DNA from: Ktedonobacterales bacterium
Lineage (GTDB): Bacteria > Chloroflexota > Ktedonobacteria > Ktedonobacterales > JADMIN01
Assembly: GCA_035716045.1 (NCBI GenBank)
Contig: DASTKI010000057.1
Coordinates: forward strand, 12,677 to 76,676
Reading direction: 5' to 3'
Length of the DNA stretch: 64,000 bases
Under the pieces are notes generated by a model. It did not search any database, had not been told where the DNA came from, and saw only the letters and a list, made by a program, of their open reading frames with translations. Within the stretch, counting starts at the first letter, position 1. Every line of letters begins with the position of its first letter. Positions 26,000 through 36,766 of this stretch are shown one piece after another. The position numbers and the translations under genes were made by a program.

Positions 26000-27537
26000 G
26001 TCCTGCCGTCACGCTCGATCAGCGTGTCGGCTTCTGTCGGTCCCCATGTGCCCGGCTCATAGCGTGCGAGCGGTGTACGGGTTTCGTGCCAGTCATGGAC
26101 AATCGTATCAACGAGCGACCAGGCTACTTCTGTCTCATCAATTCGAGTGAAGAGCGTGGAATCGCCGATCATTGCATCGAGCAGCAGCCGCTCATACGCC
26201 TCTGGCGGCTCGACGCCGAAGGAGCTGCCGTACAGGAAGTCGAGGTTGACTGTGCGCAGCCGCATCTCTTGTCCCGGCACCTTGGCCGTGACCTGAAGCG
26301 AGATGCCCTCGTTCGGCTGAATGCGCATCGAGAGGACATTGGGCGCCAGGCCATCGGCGCCCGAGCCGCGGAAGAGCAGATAGGGCGGTCGCTTGAACTC
26401 AATGGCGATCTCGGTGACGCGCTTGGGTAGCCGCTTGCCGGTGCGCAGGTAGAACGGCACGCCGGCCCAGCGCCAGTTCTCGATCAGCAGCTTGAGCGCG
26501 ACAAAGGTTTCGGTCTGGGAGTGGAGGTCTACACCTTTCTCCTGTCGGTATCCAGGGACACTCTCACCGCCGACCAGACCGGGTCCATACTGGCCGCGCA
26601 CCGTATCGGTCGAAATTTCGGACTCGACCAGCGGCGGGATGGCGCGCAGGACTTTAACCTTCTCATTACGTACCGAGTCGGGGCCGAAGTTGACCGGCGG
26701 CTCCATCGCGGTGAGGGTGAGCAGCTGCATCATGTGGTTCTGCACCATGTCGCGGATCGCGCCGGCCTGCTCGTAGTAATCGGCGCGGCCCTCGATGCCG
26801 ATGGATTCGGCGACGGTGATCTGCACATGGTCTATGTAGCGGCGGTTCCAGATCGGCTCGAAGATGCCATTGCCAAAGCGTAGCACCATGATATTCTGGA
26901 CGGTCTCTTTACCCAGGTAGTGATCAATGCGATAGATCTGGCTCTCGGAGAAGCCGGTATTAAGCTGGTCGTTGAGCGCGCGGGCGGAGGCGAGATCGTG
27001 GCCGAAGGGCTTCTCGACGACGATGCGCGACCAGCCATTGTGGCCGCTCGCCACACCGCGCTTGGCGATGCCGGAGGAGCTAAGCAGTCCGCTGATGTCT
27101 CCATAGAAATTCGGAGGTGTGGCGAGGTAGAAGATGCGATTGCCCTGTGTCCCGCGCTCCTGGTCGAGCTTATCGAGGAGCTCGCCGAGTCTCTTGTAGC
27201 CTTCTGGGTCGTCGAACTGGGATTGGCAATAGTAGAGGCCCTTGGAGAAGGTGTCCCAGACGGACGGGTTGACGGGGCGGCGGCGCGAGAAGGTATTGAC
27301 CGAGTCGAGCGCCTGCTGACGGAACTCGTCATCGGAGAAGGGGCGGCGCGCGACTCCGACGACCGTGAATTGCGGCGGCAGGGGCTGCTCGATGGCGAGG
27401 TTATAGAGCGCGGGCAAGAGCTTGCGGTGGGTGAGGTCGCCGGTGGCGCCGAAGATGACCAGCACGCACGGCGGCACGGCGCGAGTGGAGCTCAGACCCT
27501 GGCGCAGGGGGTTGGAGGCGGGCGCGGTGGTGTCCAT
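25984..27537 (-). CDS. zwf: Glucose-6-phosphate 1-dehydrogenase
   Basis: VIFGATGDLTHRKLLPALY, RIDHYLGKE (active-site motif) and MVQNHMMQLL. The start is set at ATG 27537 (MDTTAPAS). The upstream part of the track ORF is Arg-rich and looks non-coding. Confidence 0.92.
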   Translation of the reverse strand: MDTTAPASNPLRQGLSSTRAVPPCVLVIFGATGDLTHRKLLPALYNLAIEQPLPPQFTVVGVARRPFSDDEFRQQALDSVNTFSRRRPVNPSVWDTFSKGLYYCQSQFDDPEGYKRLGELLDKLDQERGTQGNRIFYLATPPNFYGDISGLLSSSGIAKRGVASGHNGWSRIVVEKPFGHDLASARALNDQLNTGFSESQIYRIDHYLGKETVQNIMVLRFGNGIFEPIWNRRYIDHVQITVAESIGIEGRADYYEQAGAIRDMVQNHMMQLLTLTAMEPPVNFGPDSVRNEKVKVLRAIPPLVESEISTDTVRGQYGPGLVGGESVPGYRQEKGVDLHSQTETFVALKLLIENWRWAGVPFYLRTGKRLPKRVTEIAIEFKRPPYLLFRGSGADGLAPNVLSMRIQPNEGISLQVTAKVPGQEMRLRTVNLDFLYGSSFGVEPPEAYERLLLDAMIGDSTLFTRIDETEVAWSLVDTIVHDWHETRTPLARYEPGTWGPTEADTLIERDGRTWRRL

Positions 27538-27697
27538 AAGCGGAGTTCCTTTCTGAACTGAACGCGTTGGAACGTGAAACGCGGCGCGACCCGCCACAGG
27601 GTCAACGCCCGCATGGCGAGCGCCGACCCAGCTCAGACCGGGACGGCGCTCGAACGCCTGACGCCAGTGTCCGCGTGGGCGCCCGCGGCGGCCCGGC

Positions 27698-28630
27698 TCA
27701 TGCCTCGTGCTTGACGCCGCCGAATTCACCCGTCTCCATCTTGACCGCGTGGCCACCGAACTGGTTGCGCAGCGCGGAGATCACCTTGGCGGAGAACGAT
27801 TCATCCTGGCGCGAGACGAAGCGCTGCAGCAGCGAGAGGGTGATGACCGGGGCCGGCACATCTTCGTCTATCGCCGCCTGCACAGTCCAGCGGCCCTCGC
27901 CCGAGTCCTGCACATAGCCTTTGATGTTTTCCAGCGTTGGGTCTTCGGCGAAGGCTAGCGCGGCGAGATCGAGCAGCCAGGAGCGCACGACGCTGCCGTT
28001 CTGCCACACGCGGGTGACTTCGCGCATATCAAGGCCGAAGCCGGACTTCTCCAGAATCTCGAAGCCCTCGCCGTACGCCTGGAGCATGCCATACTCGACG
28101 CCGTTGTGGACCATCTTGACGAAGTGTCCGGCGCCATGAGTTCCCATGTAGCCGTAGCCGTTTTCCGGGGCGAGCGACTTGAAGATCGGCTCGCAGTGGT
28201 CGAAGATCGCTTTCTCGCCGCCGACCATCAGGCTGTAGCCGACCTTGAGGCCCCAGATGCCGCCGCTGGTGCCGCAGTCCATCATGTGCATGCTCGCGGC
28301 GGTGACCTTCTCGGCGCGACGCTGCGTGTCATGCCAGTTGGAGTTGCCGCCGTCAATGATGATGTCGCCAGGCTTGAGCAGCGACATGACGTGATCGAGC
28401 GCGTCGTCAGTCACCTGGCCAGAGGGGACCATGAGCCAGACGATCCTGGGCGTCGCTTCCAGCTTGCTTACCATCGCCTCGATGGTATAGGCGGGGACGG
28501 CGCCCTCCGCGGCGGCTTCATCCACCGGGCCGGGGCTACGGTTGGAGGCTACGACGCGGTGACCGGCGCGCAGCAGGCGTGTCGCCATATTGGCGCCCAT
28601 GCGGCCCAGACCATAGATTCCGAGTTCCAT
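27698..28630 (-). CDS. gnd: 6-phosphogluconate dehydrogenase, decarboxylating (short form)
   Basis: MELGIYGLGRMGANM Rossmann motif, IIIDGGNS, GTSGGIWG and HFVKMVHNGVEYG motifs. Confidence 0.9.
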   Translation of the reverse strand: MELGIYGLGRMGANMATRLLRAGHRVVASNRSPGPVDEAAAEGAVPAYTIEAMVSKLEATPRIVWLMVPSGQVTDDALDHVMSLLKPGDIIIDGGNSNWHDTQRRAEKVTAASMHMMDCGTSGGIWGLKVGYSLMVGGEKAIFDHCEPIFKSLAPENGYGYMGTHGAGHFVKMVHNGVEYGMLQAYGEGFEILEKSGFGLDMREVTRVWQNGSVVRSWLLDLAALAFAEDPTLENIKGYVQDSGEGRWTVQAAIDEDVPAPVITLSLLQRFVSRQDESFSAKVISALRNQFGGHAVKMETGEFGGVKHEA

Positions 28631-28709
28631 CGCGATTGATCCTCATTTCTCACCAGACGCGCCGTACCCTATCAGGCGGGCTCCAGCGGGCGCGCCGGTA
28701 TGCGGCGGT

Positions 28710-31592
28710 TCATGACTGGATAGCGCTGAGCGCTTGCTCCAGCTCGGCCAGCCCGGCGGCGATGTTATCGCCAAGGTCTATGCGCACGACGCGCCGGCCA
28801 TGCGCCATGAGCGATTGCAGGTCGCCAAGCGCCTGCGCCGCCTTGAGCGTTCCGAAAGTATAGGGCGCGTCCGGGATCGGGACGTCTTCGGCATCGCGGG
28901 CGACGAACTGGAGGAAGACGCCGGTGTTCGGGCCGCCCTTGTGGAACTGCCCGGTGGAGTGCTGGAAGCGCGGGCCGTAGCCGAGCGTCGTGGCGACGCG
29001 GCGCAGATCGCGCAGGCCCAAGCGGATGCGCTGCAAGGCGGCGTCTGTCTCCGGCGCGCGCTGGATGTAAGCCAGCAGGGCGAAGTAGTCGCCAGCGCCA
29101 GCTTCCCCTGCCAACGTCTTCATCGCCGCCTGCAGGGACTGCGCCTGGCGCAGCGCGGCTTCCCGCTCGCCCTGGGCGACCAGCGTAACGTGGCCAGTCT
29201 CGGTGCGCAGGGTGGGCGCGGGCTCGCGCAGCGTCCGCTCCTGGGCGTATGCCGCCAGGATGCGGTCGGTGTTGTCCTTCGACTCCTGGACGTTGGGTTG
29301 GTCGAAGGCGTTGATGCCGATCAGCGCGCCCGCGATGGCGGTGGCGAACTCCCAGCGGAGGAACTCAGCGCCCATGTCGTAGATGTCGCGCAGGGGCAGG
29401 CGCACGACAGGCTGGCCGGCGGCCTCGAGGCGGGCGACGGCGGCGTCCTGGTTGGGATCGAAGCCTTCGTCCGTGCGCAGGTAGACAAAGATGCGGTCCT
29501 GGCCATAGTCGGTGGGATCACCCAGCGTCTCGCCCTCGACGGGCAGGATACCCTTCCCCTCTTTGCCCGTGCTCTCGGCGAGGAGTTGCTCCAGCCAGTA
29601 GCCGAATGTGGCGATGGGCGGCGAGACGATGATCGTCGCCTTGTCGCGGCCCTGGAGCGCGCCCACGCCGAGGATGGCGCCAAGCCAGACGCCAGGGTTC
29701 TGCTCAGCCGAAACGTCCGTCGCGCATGCCTGGCGCATCGCATCGGCGCGGTCGAGCAGCTTCGCCACGTCTATGCCGAGAATCGCCGCCGGAACCATTC
29801 CAAAGAAGGAGAGCGCTGAGTAGCGGCCGCCAATGTCGGGCGGGTTGCGGAACGTGGTGAGGAACTGGTGGTCGTGGGCGAGCGTCTCCAGCTTGGTACC
29901 AGGATCGGTGATGGCGATGAACTGGGCGCCCGCGCCGGCGGCGTTGCCCTCATGCATCGCCAGGATCTTGCCGTAGAAGTATTTATATTGCGAGAGCGTC
30001 TCGAGCGTGCCGCCCGACTTCGAGGCGACGATGAAGACCGTGCGGGCGAGGTCAATGCGGCGCTCGACATCCAGAATCGTGGCGGGGTCGGTGGAGTCGA
30101 GCGTGATGAGATCGGGCTGGCCATCCTGTGCGCCGAACGTCTCGCGCAGCACCTCTGGGGCGAGGCTGCTACCGCCCATACCGAGCAGGACGACGCTGGT
30201 AATGCCGGCGTTGCGCAGACTATCACGCAGGTCATCGAGACGTGGCAGGGCGTCGCGCATGGTGTCGGTGACGGTCAGCCAGCCAAGGCGGTCGGTGATC
30301 TCGCTCTGCTCGGCGGGGTTCGGCTTCCAGAATGCTGGGTCCTTATTCCAGACGCGCTGAGCGAAGCGCTCGCCTCCAGTTCGGCCAAGCGTTTCCTCAA
30401 CCGCCCCCGAGAGCGGGCCGAGGCGGGCAGAACCGACCGACGCGGCGCTCGCGCTCACCTCGGCCGCGAGGACCTTGATCTTCCTTTCGGCGCTGTCCAG
30501 CAGCGACATGAAGGAATCCGTGAACGTCTTGACGCCTTCAATCTCCAGCTGCTTCGTGACCTGGAGCATATTGATCTCGGCGACGGCGAGGTCGCTCATG
30601 GTCGCGCGGGCCTCCTGGAAGGCGTTGGGCGCGCGGCGCGCTTCGCCGTGGTCCTGGAAGGCGCGGATCGTCTGTGGTGGCATGGTGTCCACCGTTTCCG
30701 GGACGAGGAGCTCCTCGACGTAGAGCACATCGCGATAGGCAGGGTTCTTTGTGCTCGTGCTGGCCCAGAGGCAGCGCTGGGGGCGGGCGCCGGCGGCGAG
30801 CAGCGGGGCGAAGCGCTCGCCATGGAAGATGGCCTCGTAGCGCTCGTAGGCGAGGCGGGCGTTGGCGATGGCCGCCTTGCCCTGAAGGCTGCGCAAGTGC
30901 TCACGTTCGGCCTCGCTCGCCGCCATGGCGATCTTCTCCTCAAGCAGCTTGTCCACCAGCGTGTCTACCCGGCTGACGAAGAAGCTTGCGACGCTGGCGA
31001 TGTCCTCGACAGGCTTCCCTTCGGCGATGCGGCGCTCCAGGCCGCGAATGTAGGCCTCGGTGACGCGCTCGTACACCTCGAGGGCGAAGATGAGGGTGAC
31101 GTTGATGTTGACGCCCTCGTAGATCATCTCCTCGATGGCCGGTATGCCTTCCGCCGTGGCGGGAATCTTGATCATCACGTTCGGGCGGTTGACCTGCGCG
31201 AAGAGGCGGCGTGTCTCAGTGATGGTGGTCCTGGTATCGTTCGCCAGGTCAGGCGAGACCTCAAGGCTGATGTAGCCATCGAGATGGCCCGTGCGGTCGT
31301 AGATCGGACGCAGGATGTCAGCCGCCATCTGGATGTCCTCGATGGCGAGCGCGAAGAAGGCCTGGCGTGGGTCCGTGATGCCCTGTTTGACGAGCGCGCG
31401 CAGGGCGTCATCATAGTCGGCGCTGCCGTCAATGGCCTTCTCGAAGATGGTGGGGTTTGAGGTGACGCCTACGACCGCGTCGTCATCAACCAGTCGCTGG
31501 AAGTCGCCTGAGGTGATGAGCCCGCGCCGGATGTTATCGTACCAGACGCTCTGTCCAAGCTCATACACCGCATGGAGACGGCTCTTCGCCAT
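28710..31592 (-). CDS. tal/pgi: Bifunctional transaldolase / glucose-6-phosphate isomerase
   Basis: The N-terminal ~370 aa are transaldolase (QSVWYDNIRR, VTSNPTIF, NVMIKIPAT). The C-terminal ~590 aa are PGI (LLGMGGSSLAPE, IVASKSGGTLET, GGRYSALS). The start is set at ATG 31592 (MAKSRLH), behind a GGAGG RBS. Confidence 0.9.
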   Translation of the reverse strand: MAKSRLHAVYELGQSVWYDNIRRGLITSGDFQRLVDDDAVVGVTSNPTIFEKAIDGSADYDDALRALVKQGITDPRQAFFALAIEDIQMAADILRPIYDRTGHLDGYISLEVSPDLANDTRTTITETRRLFAQVNRPNVMIKIPATAEGIPAIEEMIYEGVNINVTLIFALEVYERVTEAYIRGLERRIAEGKPVEDIASVASFFVSRVDTLVDKLLEEKIAMAASEAEREHLRSLQGKAAIANARLAYERYEAIFHGERFAPLLAAGARPQRCLWASTSTKNPAYRDVLYVEELLVPETVDTMPPQTIRAFQDHGEARRAPNAFQEARATMSDLAVAEINMLQVTKQLEIEGVKTFTDSFMSLLDSAERKIKVLAAEVSASAASVGSARLGPLSGAVEETLGRTGGERFAQRVWNKDPAFWKPNPAEQSEITDRLGWLTVTDTMRDALPRLDDLRDSLRNAGITSVVLLGMGGSSLAPEVLRETFGAQDGQPDLITLDSTDPATILDVERRIDLARTVFIVASKSGGTLETLSQYKYFYGKILAMHEGNAAGAGAQFIAITDPGTKLETLAHDHQFLTTFRNPPDIGGRYSALSFFGMVPAAILGIDVAKLLDRADAMRQACATDVSAEQNPGVWLGAILGVGALQGRDKATIIVSPPIATFGYWLEQLLAESTGKEGKGILPVEGETLGDPTDYGQDRIFVYLRTDEGFDPNQDAAVARLEAAGQPVVRLPLRDIYDMGAEFLRWEFATAIAGALIGINAFDQPNVQESKDNTDRILAAYAQERTLREPAPTLRTETGHVTLVAQGEREAALRQAQSLQAAMKTLAGEAGAGDYFALLAYIQRAPETDAALQRIRLGLRDLRRVATTLGYGPRFQHSTGQFHKGGPNTGVFLQFVARDAEDVPIPDAPYTFGTLKAAQALGDLQSLMAHGRRVVRIDLGDNIAAGLAELEQALSAIQS

Positions 31593-32658
31593 GGAATCAT
31601 GCCTCCGTTGCCTGCGTAGACGCGTTGTGTGACGCGCTGGCTGTGACGCTGGGCGAGACGCGGTCATTCCTGGCGGTCGCGCGCTCGGCGCCGCATGCGC
31701 CGCGTCGCGAGAGTCTGCGCGCGGCTCTCAGCGCGATGATCTGTATCACGAATATTGTAACCCCAAGAGGAACGGTCGCGCCCGCGCCATTGGTCAATGG
31801 CGTTGGCGCGCCGGTGAGATAGCGAACAAAATAGCCGCTCCGTCGCTCCTCCGGATGACTGGCTGACCTCGGGACGCGCCAGTCTGCGGAGGGAGTCTGG
31901 AAGCGGCTTCGTCGAGCCTCAACGCGGGCGCAGCCTCTGCATGAGGGCAGTGTAGCAGCCAGGCGGGCGTGCCCGCAAGGGCTTGCGCGAGGGTATAGAA
32001 GGCGCCAGAGACCGCTGTGTGACCTGTAACCCATGAGAGTTGTGGAAGATGGACATGATACGTCATACTCTAGAGAGATGGGAGCGGGCGGCGTCTCCAC
32101 AGGTCACGGACACCTGTGCGGCAATGTGATATTTCGCTGAATTTTGCGGCACTGCTATCATTTCGTCGTCATTTGCCTTCTGTTCCGCTTTTGTTACAGC
32201 AGGCGTCGCTCCCATTGCCCTGGTCGTCTGCGTTAGAGCGCTATCTAACGCCAGGGTCTGGATTGTAAGGGGAGAGCGTCTTCACCATGCGTAGGCCTCG
32301 TGTCAGTGTTCCCTTGCTATCGTCTGCGTTTTTCCATCTGCCGCGCCTGTCTCCGCGCGCGGCGCTCGCCCATCCCGGCGCCCGCTGGCGCCGGAGGCGG
32401 GAGCGTCCAATGCGCAACCCGCGTGCGCTCGACACGCGTGCGCGGCTGGTTTCGCCGGTGCGGGCGATGCGCCAGCTCGCCTGGCCACCGCCAATCTGGC
32501 GCATCGGTCGAGCGCCTGTGGCCCCTGCCGTCTCGATCGCGCCCGCGGCGGATGTGGCGCTCGAGCTGCCCGCTGGCGGCTCCTCCGCGCGGCTGCCCAT
32601 TCCAGGGCGGAGCGGCGTCAGCCATCAGGTCGCGCGACCCGCGGGCTTGCGAGACGAC

Positions 32659-34026
32659 ATGCCGGACGCCGAGCTGCGCCGCCGCATTTGGGCGCTTTCG
32701 GCCCCAGCGATTGGTGAGCAATTGCTCGCATTGGGCGTAGGTGTCTCCGATACGTTCCTGTCAGGCCATCTCTCGGCCTATGCCAGCGCGCGGCTGGGTT
32801 ACGGGCAGGCGACGGCGGTGGCGGCGGTCGGCGCCGCGGCGATGATGACGTGGGTCGTGCTGACGGCATTCTTCGCGGTAAATGTCGGAGTGACGGCGCT
32901 GGTGGCGCGCGCGACCGGCGCGCGCGACTCGCGGCTGGCGGCGAAGGCGGCGGGGCAGGGCGCGCTCATGGGCGGGATCGCCGGGCTGGTGATGCTGGCG
33001 CTGGCGGCGCCGCTGGCGGACCTGATCGCAATGGCGCTGGGCGTCAATGGGCAGGTCGCCGAGCTTGCGGCCCAGTTCATCCGCGTCTCGAGCGTGGGAC
33101 TGCCCGCGACGGGTATCGCCTCGGCCTGCACGGCGGCGATGCGTGGGGCGGGCGATACGCGCCGCCCGGTAGTGGTCATGCTGGCCGTCAACGGGGTGAA
33201 TGTCGTCGCGTCCTGGCTGCTGCTGAACGGCGAGCCAGCGCTCGGCATCCAGCCGGTTGGCGTGATTGGCTCGGCGATCGGCGCGGCGGCTGGCTGGACG
33301 CTGGGCGCGCTGCTGGCGGTCACGCTGCTGGCGCGGCGGCATCCGCTGGCGCCGCGCCTGAGCCGCGCGGCGCTGACGCCGGATGTGAGCGTGGCGCGGC
33401 GAGCGCTGCGGATCGGGCTACCTTCGGCGGCGGAGCTGACGGTCTTTCAGGCTGGGGTGCTGACCTTCAATCATCAGGTGGTGTCGCTCGGCTCGGTTCC
33501 CTACGCCGCCAATGTGACGATCAACGGAGTGGAGGCCCTGGGCACGCTGCCAGCGTTTGGGTTCAGCGTTGCGGCGACAGCGCTGGTTGGGCAGGCGCTG
33601 GGGGCGAACAGCCCGAAGCTGGCGAAGCGCGCGGCGATGGCCGCGCTCTGGCCCTGCCTGGGGGTGATGGTGGCGTTGGGACTGCTCGCGGCGGCGATCC
33701 CGCAGGTGATGCTGGGCCTGTTTGTGGCGGACCCCGCCGTGCTGCGGGCTGGTGATGTGGCGCAGCGGCTGTCGCTGCTGATCTTGCCCGCCTCGGGCGC
33801 GACGTTCATCTTCAATGGGTCGCTGCGCGGGGCGGGCGATACGAAGTTCCCGGTGCTGGTGCGCGCGGCGGGATCATGGGGACTGCGGGTGCCGCTGGCC
33901 GCCCTGCTGATCCCGATCTTCGGCCTGGCGGGCGGGCGCCTGGCGATGTCCATGGACTTCCTGACGCAGGCCGGGCTGGCCTACTGGCGCTTCCGCGGCG
34001 GCAAGTGGCGCCAGACGCGCGTGTGA
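32659..34026 (+). CDS. MATE family efflux transporter
   Basis: 12-TM profile with the typical N-terminus RRIWALSAPAIGEQLL and internal duplication (RRALRIGLPSAAE). The start is set at ATG 32659. The upstream part of the track ORF is low-complexity. Confidence 0.85.
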   Translation: MPDAELRRRIWALSAPAIGEQLLALGVGVSDTFLSGHLSAYASARLGYGQATAVAAVGAAAMMTWVVLTAFFAVNVGVTALVARATGARDSRLAAKAAGQGALMGGIAGLVMLALAAPLADLIAMALGVNGQVAELAAQFIRVSSVGLPATGIASACTAAMRGAGDTRRPVVVMLAVNGVNVVASWLLLNGEPALGIQPVGVIGSAIGAAAGWTLGALLAVTLLARRHPLAPRLSRAALTPDVSVARRALRIGLPSAAELTVFQAGVLTFNHQVVSLGSVPYAANVTINGVEALGTLPAFGFSVAATALVGQALGANSPKLAKRAAMAALWPCLGVMVALGLLAAAIPQVMLGLFVADPAVLRAGDVAQRLSLLILPASGATFIFNGSLRGAGDTKFPVLVRAAGSWGLRVPLAALLIPIFGLAGGRLAMSMDFLTQAGLAYWRFRGGKWRQTRV

Positions 34027-34424
34027 CGCGGGAGGCTGACAGATGAAGCGATTGACGCGGCCTCGCGGCGCGGGCTATGATGCGCGCATGCACATGGATA
34101 CGAGGTCGCAGACCACCATCCGCTACGCGGCGTAGGCCCGGCGCACGACACGCCTACGCTCGCGAGACCTTCCCACCGTATGGAGCGCCGCGCCGCTGAG
34201 ACGCGGTAGGCGCTCATAACGCTAAGGGGAGCGCCGGACAGACCCCGCCCCGCTCGCGTGAGACGCGCGAGCGGGCGAGCGCGCCATGTCCGCCTGGATT
34301 GATTCTCTTCCCTCTCGCTTCCCTCTCGCGGGTTCAATTCCGCTGATCTCATCGCGTGTCATCCGCCTGGCCTCTTCATGCTCTGGCGCTCGTTTCTCTA
34401 CCCGCATGATGGAGCCGGTTTTCG

Positions 34425-35732
34425 ATGTTCGCACGTGTAGCGCGCGGCCGCTTTGGTGGGCTGTGGCGCCATCCCGATTTTCTGAAGCTCTGGGGCGGGC
34501 AGACCGTGTCGGTCTTTGGCTCGCTGGTGACGAAGGTGATTTTGCCGCTGGTGGCGGTGTTGACGCTCGACGCGTCACAGGCGCAGGTAGCGCTGCTGTA
34601 TATCGCCGACGCGGCGCCCGCGCTGGCGCTCGGACTGGCGGCGGGCGCGCTGGCGGACCGCGTGCGGCGGCGTCCGCTGCTGATCGCGGCGGATGTGGGG
34701 CGGGCGCTGGCGCTGCTGGCGGTTCCGCTGGCGGCGGCGCTTGGCGGCCTGAGTCTGGGGCTGCTGTACGCCGTGTCAGTGGCGACGAGCGCGCTGAGCG
34801 TGCTGTTCGACATCGCCTATCCCGCGTATCTGGCGACGCTGGTGGGCGAGAAGCGGCTGGTGGAGGGGAACGCCAAGCTGGGGGCGAGTCTGTCGGTGGC
34901 GGAGGTGGCGGGCTTTGGGGCGGCGGGCGCGCTGGCGCAGGCGCTGACAGCCCCAGTAGCGGTGTTGGTGGACGCGGCGACGTATGTTGTCTCGGTCATC
35001 TCGCTGGCGCTGATCCGCGCGCCGGAGCCACATCCACAACCAGCGGCGGAGCGTCCCAAGCTGATCCAGCTGGCGCGCGAAGTGGCGGAGGGGTTGCGGC
35101 TGACCTGGGCGCATCCTGCGCGGCGGGCCATAGCCGGGGCGGGAGCGATCAACGCGCTCTGCGGGTCGCTGCTGGAGACGGCGCTGGTGATCTTCATCCT
35201 GCGCGATCTGGACATCTCGCCAGCCCTGATGGGGTTGAGCTTTGGTGTTGGGGGTGTGGCGGCGTTCGTAGGGGCGGTCGCGACGGAGCGGGTGACCGCG
35301 CGGTTGGGGCTGGCGCGGACACTGCGCTGGAGCGCATGGGTGTCACGCGGGCTGGGGCTGCTGATCCCGCTGGCGGGAGGGCCGATATGGCTGGCGTTCG
35401 CGCTGATTACGATCCCGCAACTCGGGGACGCCGCCTATACCATCTATGACATTTCGGCGACGAGCGCCCTCCAGCTTGTGACGCCGTCCCGCGCGCTGGG
35501 CCGGGTGGTCGCGAGTGGGAGCACGCTGCGGAGCGCGGGCTCACTGGTTGGGCTGGCGCTGGGGGCGACGGCTGGCGCGGCGCTGGGTCCGCGCGGGACG
35601 CTAGGCGTCGCGATGGTGGGGATGCTGCTCGGCCCGCTCTTGCTGAGCCTCACACCTATGCGCGACGGGCGGCTCACGGGTAGCGCGCGAGCGCCTCGCA
35701 TCGAGGATGGCGTAACCGTTCCACAACGGTAA
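34425..35732 (+). CDS. MFS transporter
   Basis: LWRHPDFLKLWGGQTVSVFGS N-terminal signature and about 12 hydrophobic spans. Confidence 0.85.
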   Translation: MFARVARGRFGGLWRHPDFLKLWGGQTVSVFGSLVTKVILPLVAVLTLDASQAQVALLYIADAAPALALGLAAGALADRVRRRPLLIAADVGRALALLAVPLAAALGGLSLGLLYAVSVATSALSVLFDIAYPAYLATLVGEKRLVEGNAKLGASLSVAEVAGFGAAGALAQALTAPVAVLVDAATYVVSVISLALIRAPEPHPQPAAERPKLIQLAREVAEGLRLTWAHPARRAIAGAGAINALCGSLLETALVIFILRDLDISPALMGLSFGVGGVAAFVGAVATERVTARLGLARTLRWSAWVSRGLGLLIPLAGGPIWLAFALITIPQLGDAAYTIYDISATSALQLVTPSRALGRVVASGSTLRSAGSLVGLALGATAGAALGPRGTLGVAMVGMLLGPLLLSLTPMRDGRLTGSARAPRIEDGVTVPQR

Positions 35733-36766
35733 TGCTACAAAGCTGGCATGGTTCATGTGAAGGCCTGTATGGGGCGTTTGGCTCTGCGGCGCTCTCCCAG
35801 TGATGGCCTGGAATCGGTATTTATTCCGAATTCCGAAGCCAACGCTGTGATATGTCTCACAAAGCCGTGTAGGCGTGTGACTTTCCGTGCGCGTACCGCG
35901 TTTGCAGTGTATGGAGAAAGCGTCATTGCGCGCTTGCGCTGGTGTTTTCTTCTCTACCCATCCATAACTCAAGCCCCCGCGCCCACCACTCATCGGTCAG
36001 GAACGCCGCGAAAAATACCTGTGAGTGACGTAGCTCTACATACCTCGCACTGTAATGGCGCGACTGCGGCGCCGTTCAGCGCAAAACCCGTCCAATAACG
36101 AGTTGCCCTGGGATGATCGCCCGCCTCTGTTTGACGCGGCGGACCGGCCGGCTGCTTCGTGTGGGAGGCGGAGGGGCATGTGTGAGCGCCGAAAAGCGCT
36201 AAAGGCTTGGCTGCTCACACCTCGTGCGTCCTAACGCGGTCCCGATGACTGGCTTGGTCGGGGATGACGGAGCCAAGGCCGCGGCGGCGCCGACATGACG
36301 CCATCTCGCGCTTGTCGCTGTACTGATGAAGTATGGAATGAGCGGAGATGGACCGAATCGCTTTGGGAGTCGCCCCGAAGGCGGCGCGCGTTATTGTAGT
36401 TCGAGTTCCCAACTCAGATGTGGATGTTGGAGGCGGAGGGGCCACGCACTGTGGCCTAAAACATGCGTGTAGCGTCTGGCCACAAACGGCAGTGATCGCG
36501 CGTCTGGCTCGGAAAACTGAGCAGTTTGCGCGCTCTCTCCTCGCGTCCTCTGTACGTGTCCCCAGTGGTTGAGCGCGTTCGCCGCGCCTGATGGTTGATC
36601 CGTCGTTCTTTTGTCGCTTGGAGAGGATACACCTGACTGTGCAGTGGGTGTGGTGGCGCCCACGAGCGCTCGGCTACACGATCGAGATTCCCGCGGCTGT
36701 AGCAGGGCGTTTGGCATGGTCGGGCTGGGAGGGCGCTTTCGCCACGATTGTGACTGCGGGAATGGC

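Noticed and set aside
28734-31460. Two long plus-strand ORFs (361 and 530 aa) opposite tal/pgi
   Set aside because: They are mirror ORFs of a GC-rich gene with no recognisable motifs and biased Arg/Ala/Gly/Leu/Asp composition. The minus strand encodes unmistakable transaldolase and PGI domains.
34328-34343. tRNA-like T-arm sequence gcgggttcaattccgc in the MATE/MFS intergenic region
   Set aside because: Only a 4-bp stem with an 8-nt loop can form. No complementary acceptor stem, D-arm or anticodon arm could be found in the preceding ~70 nt. At best it is a degraded tRNA fragment.
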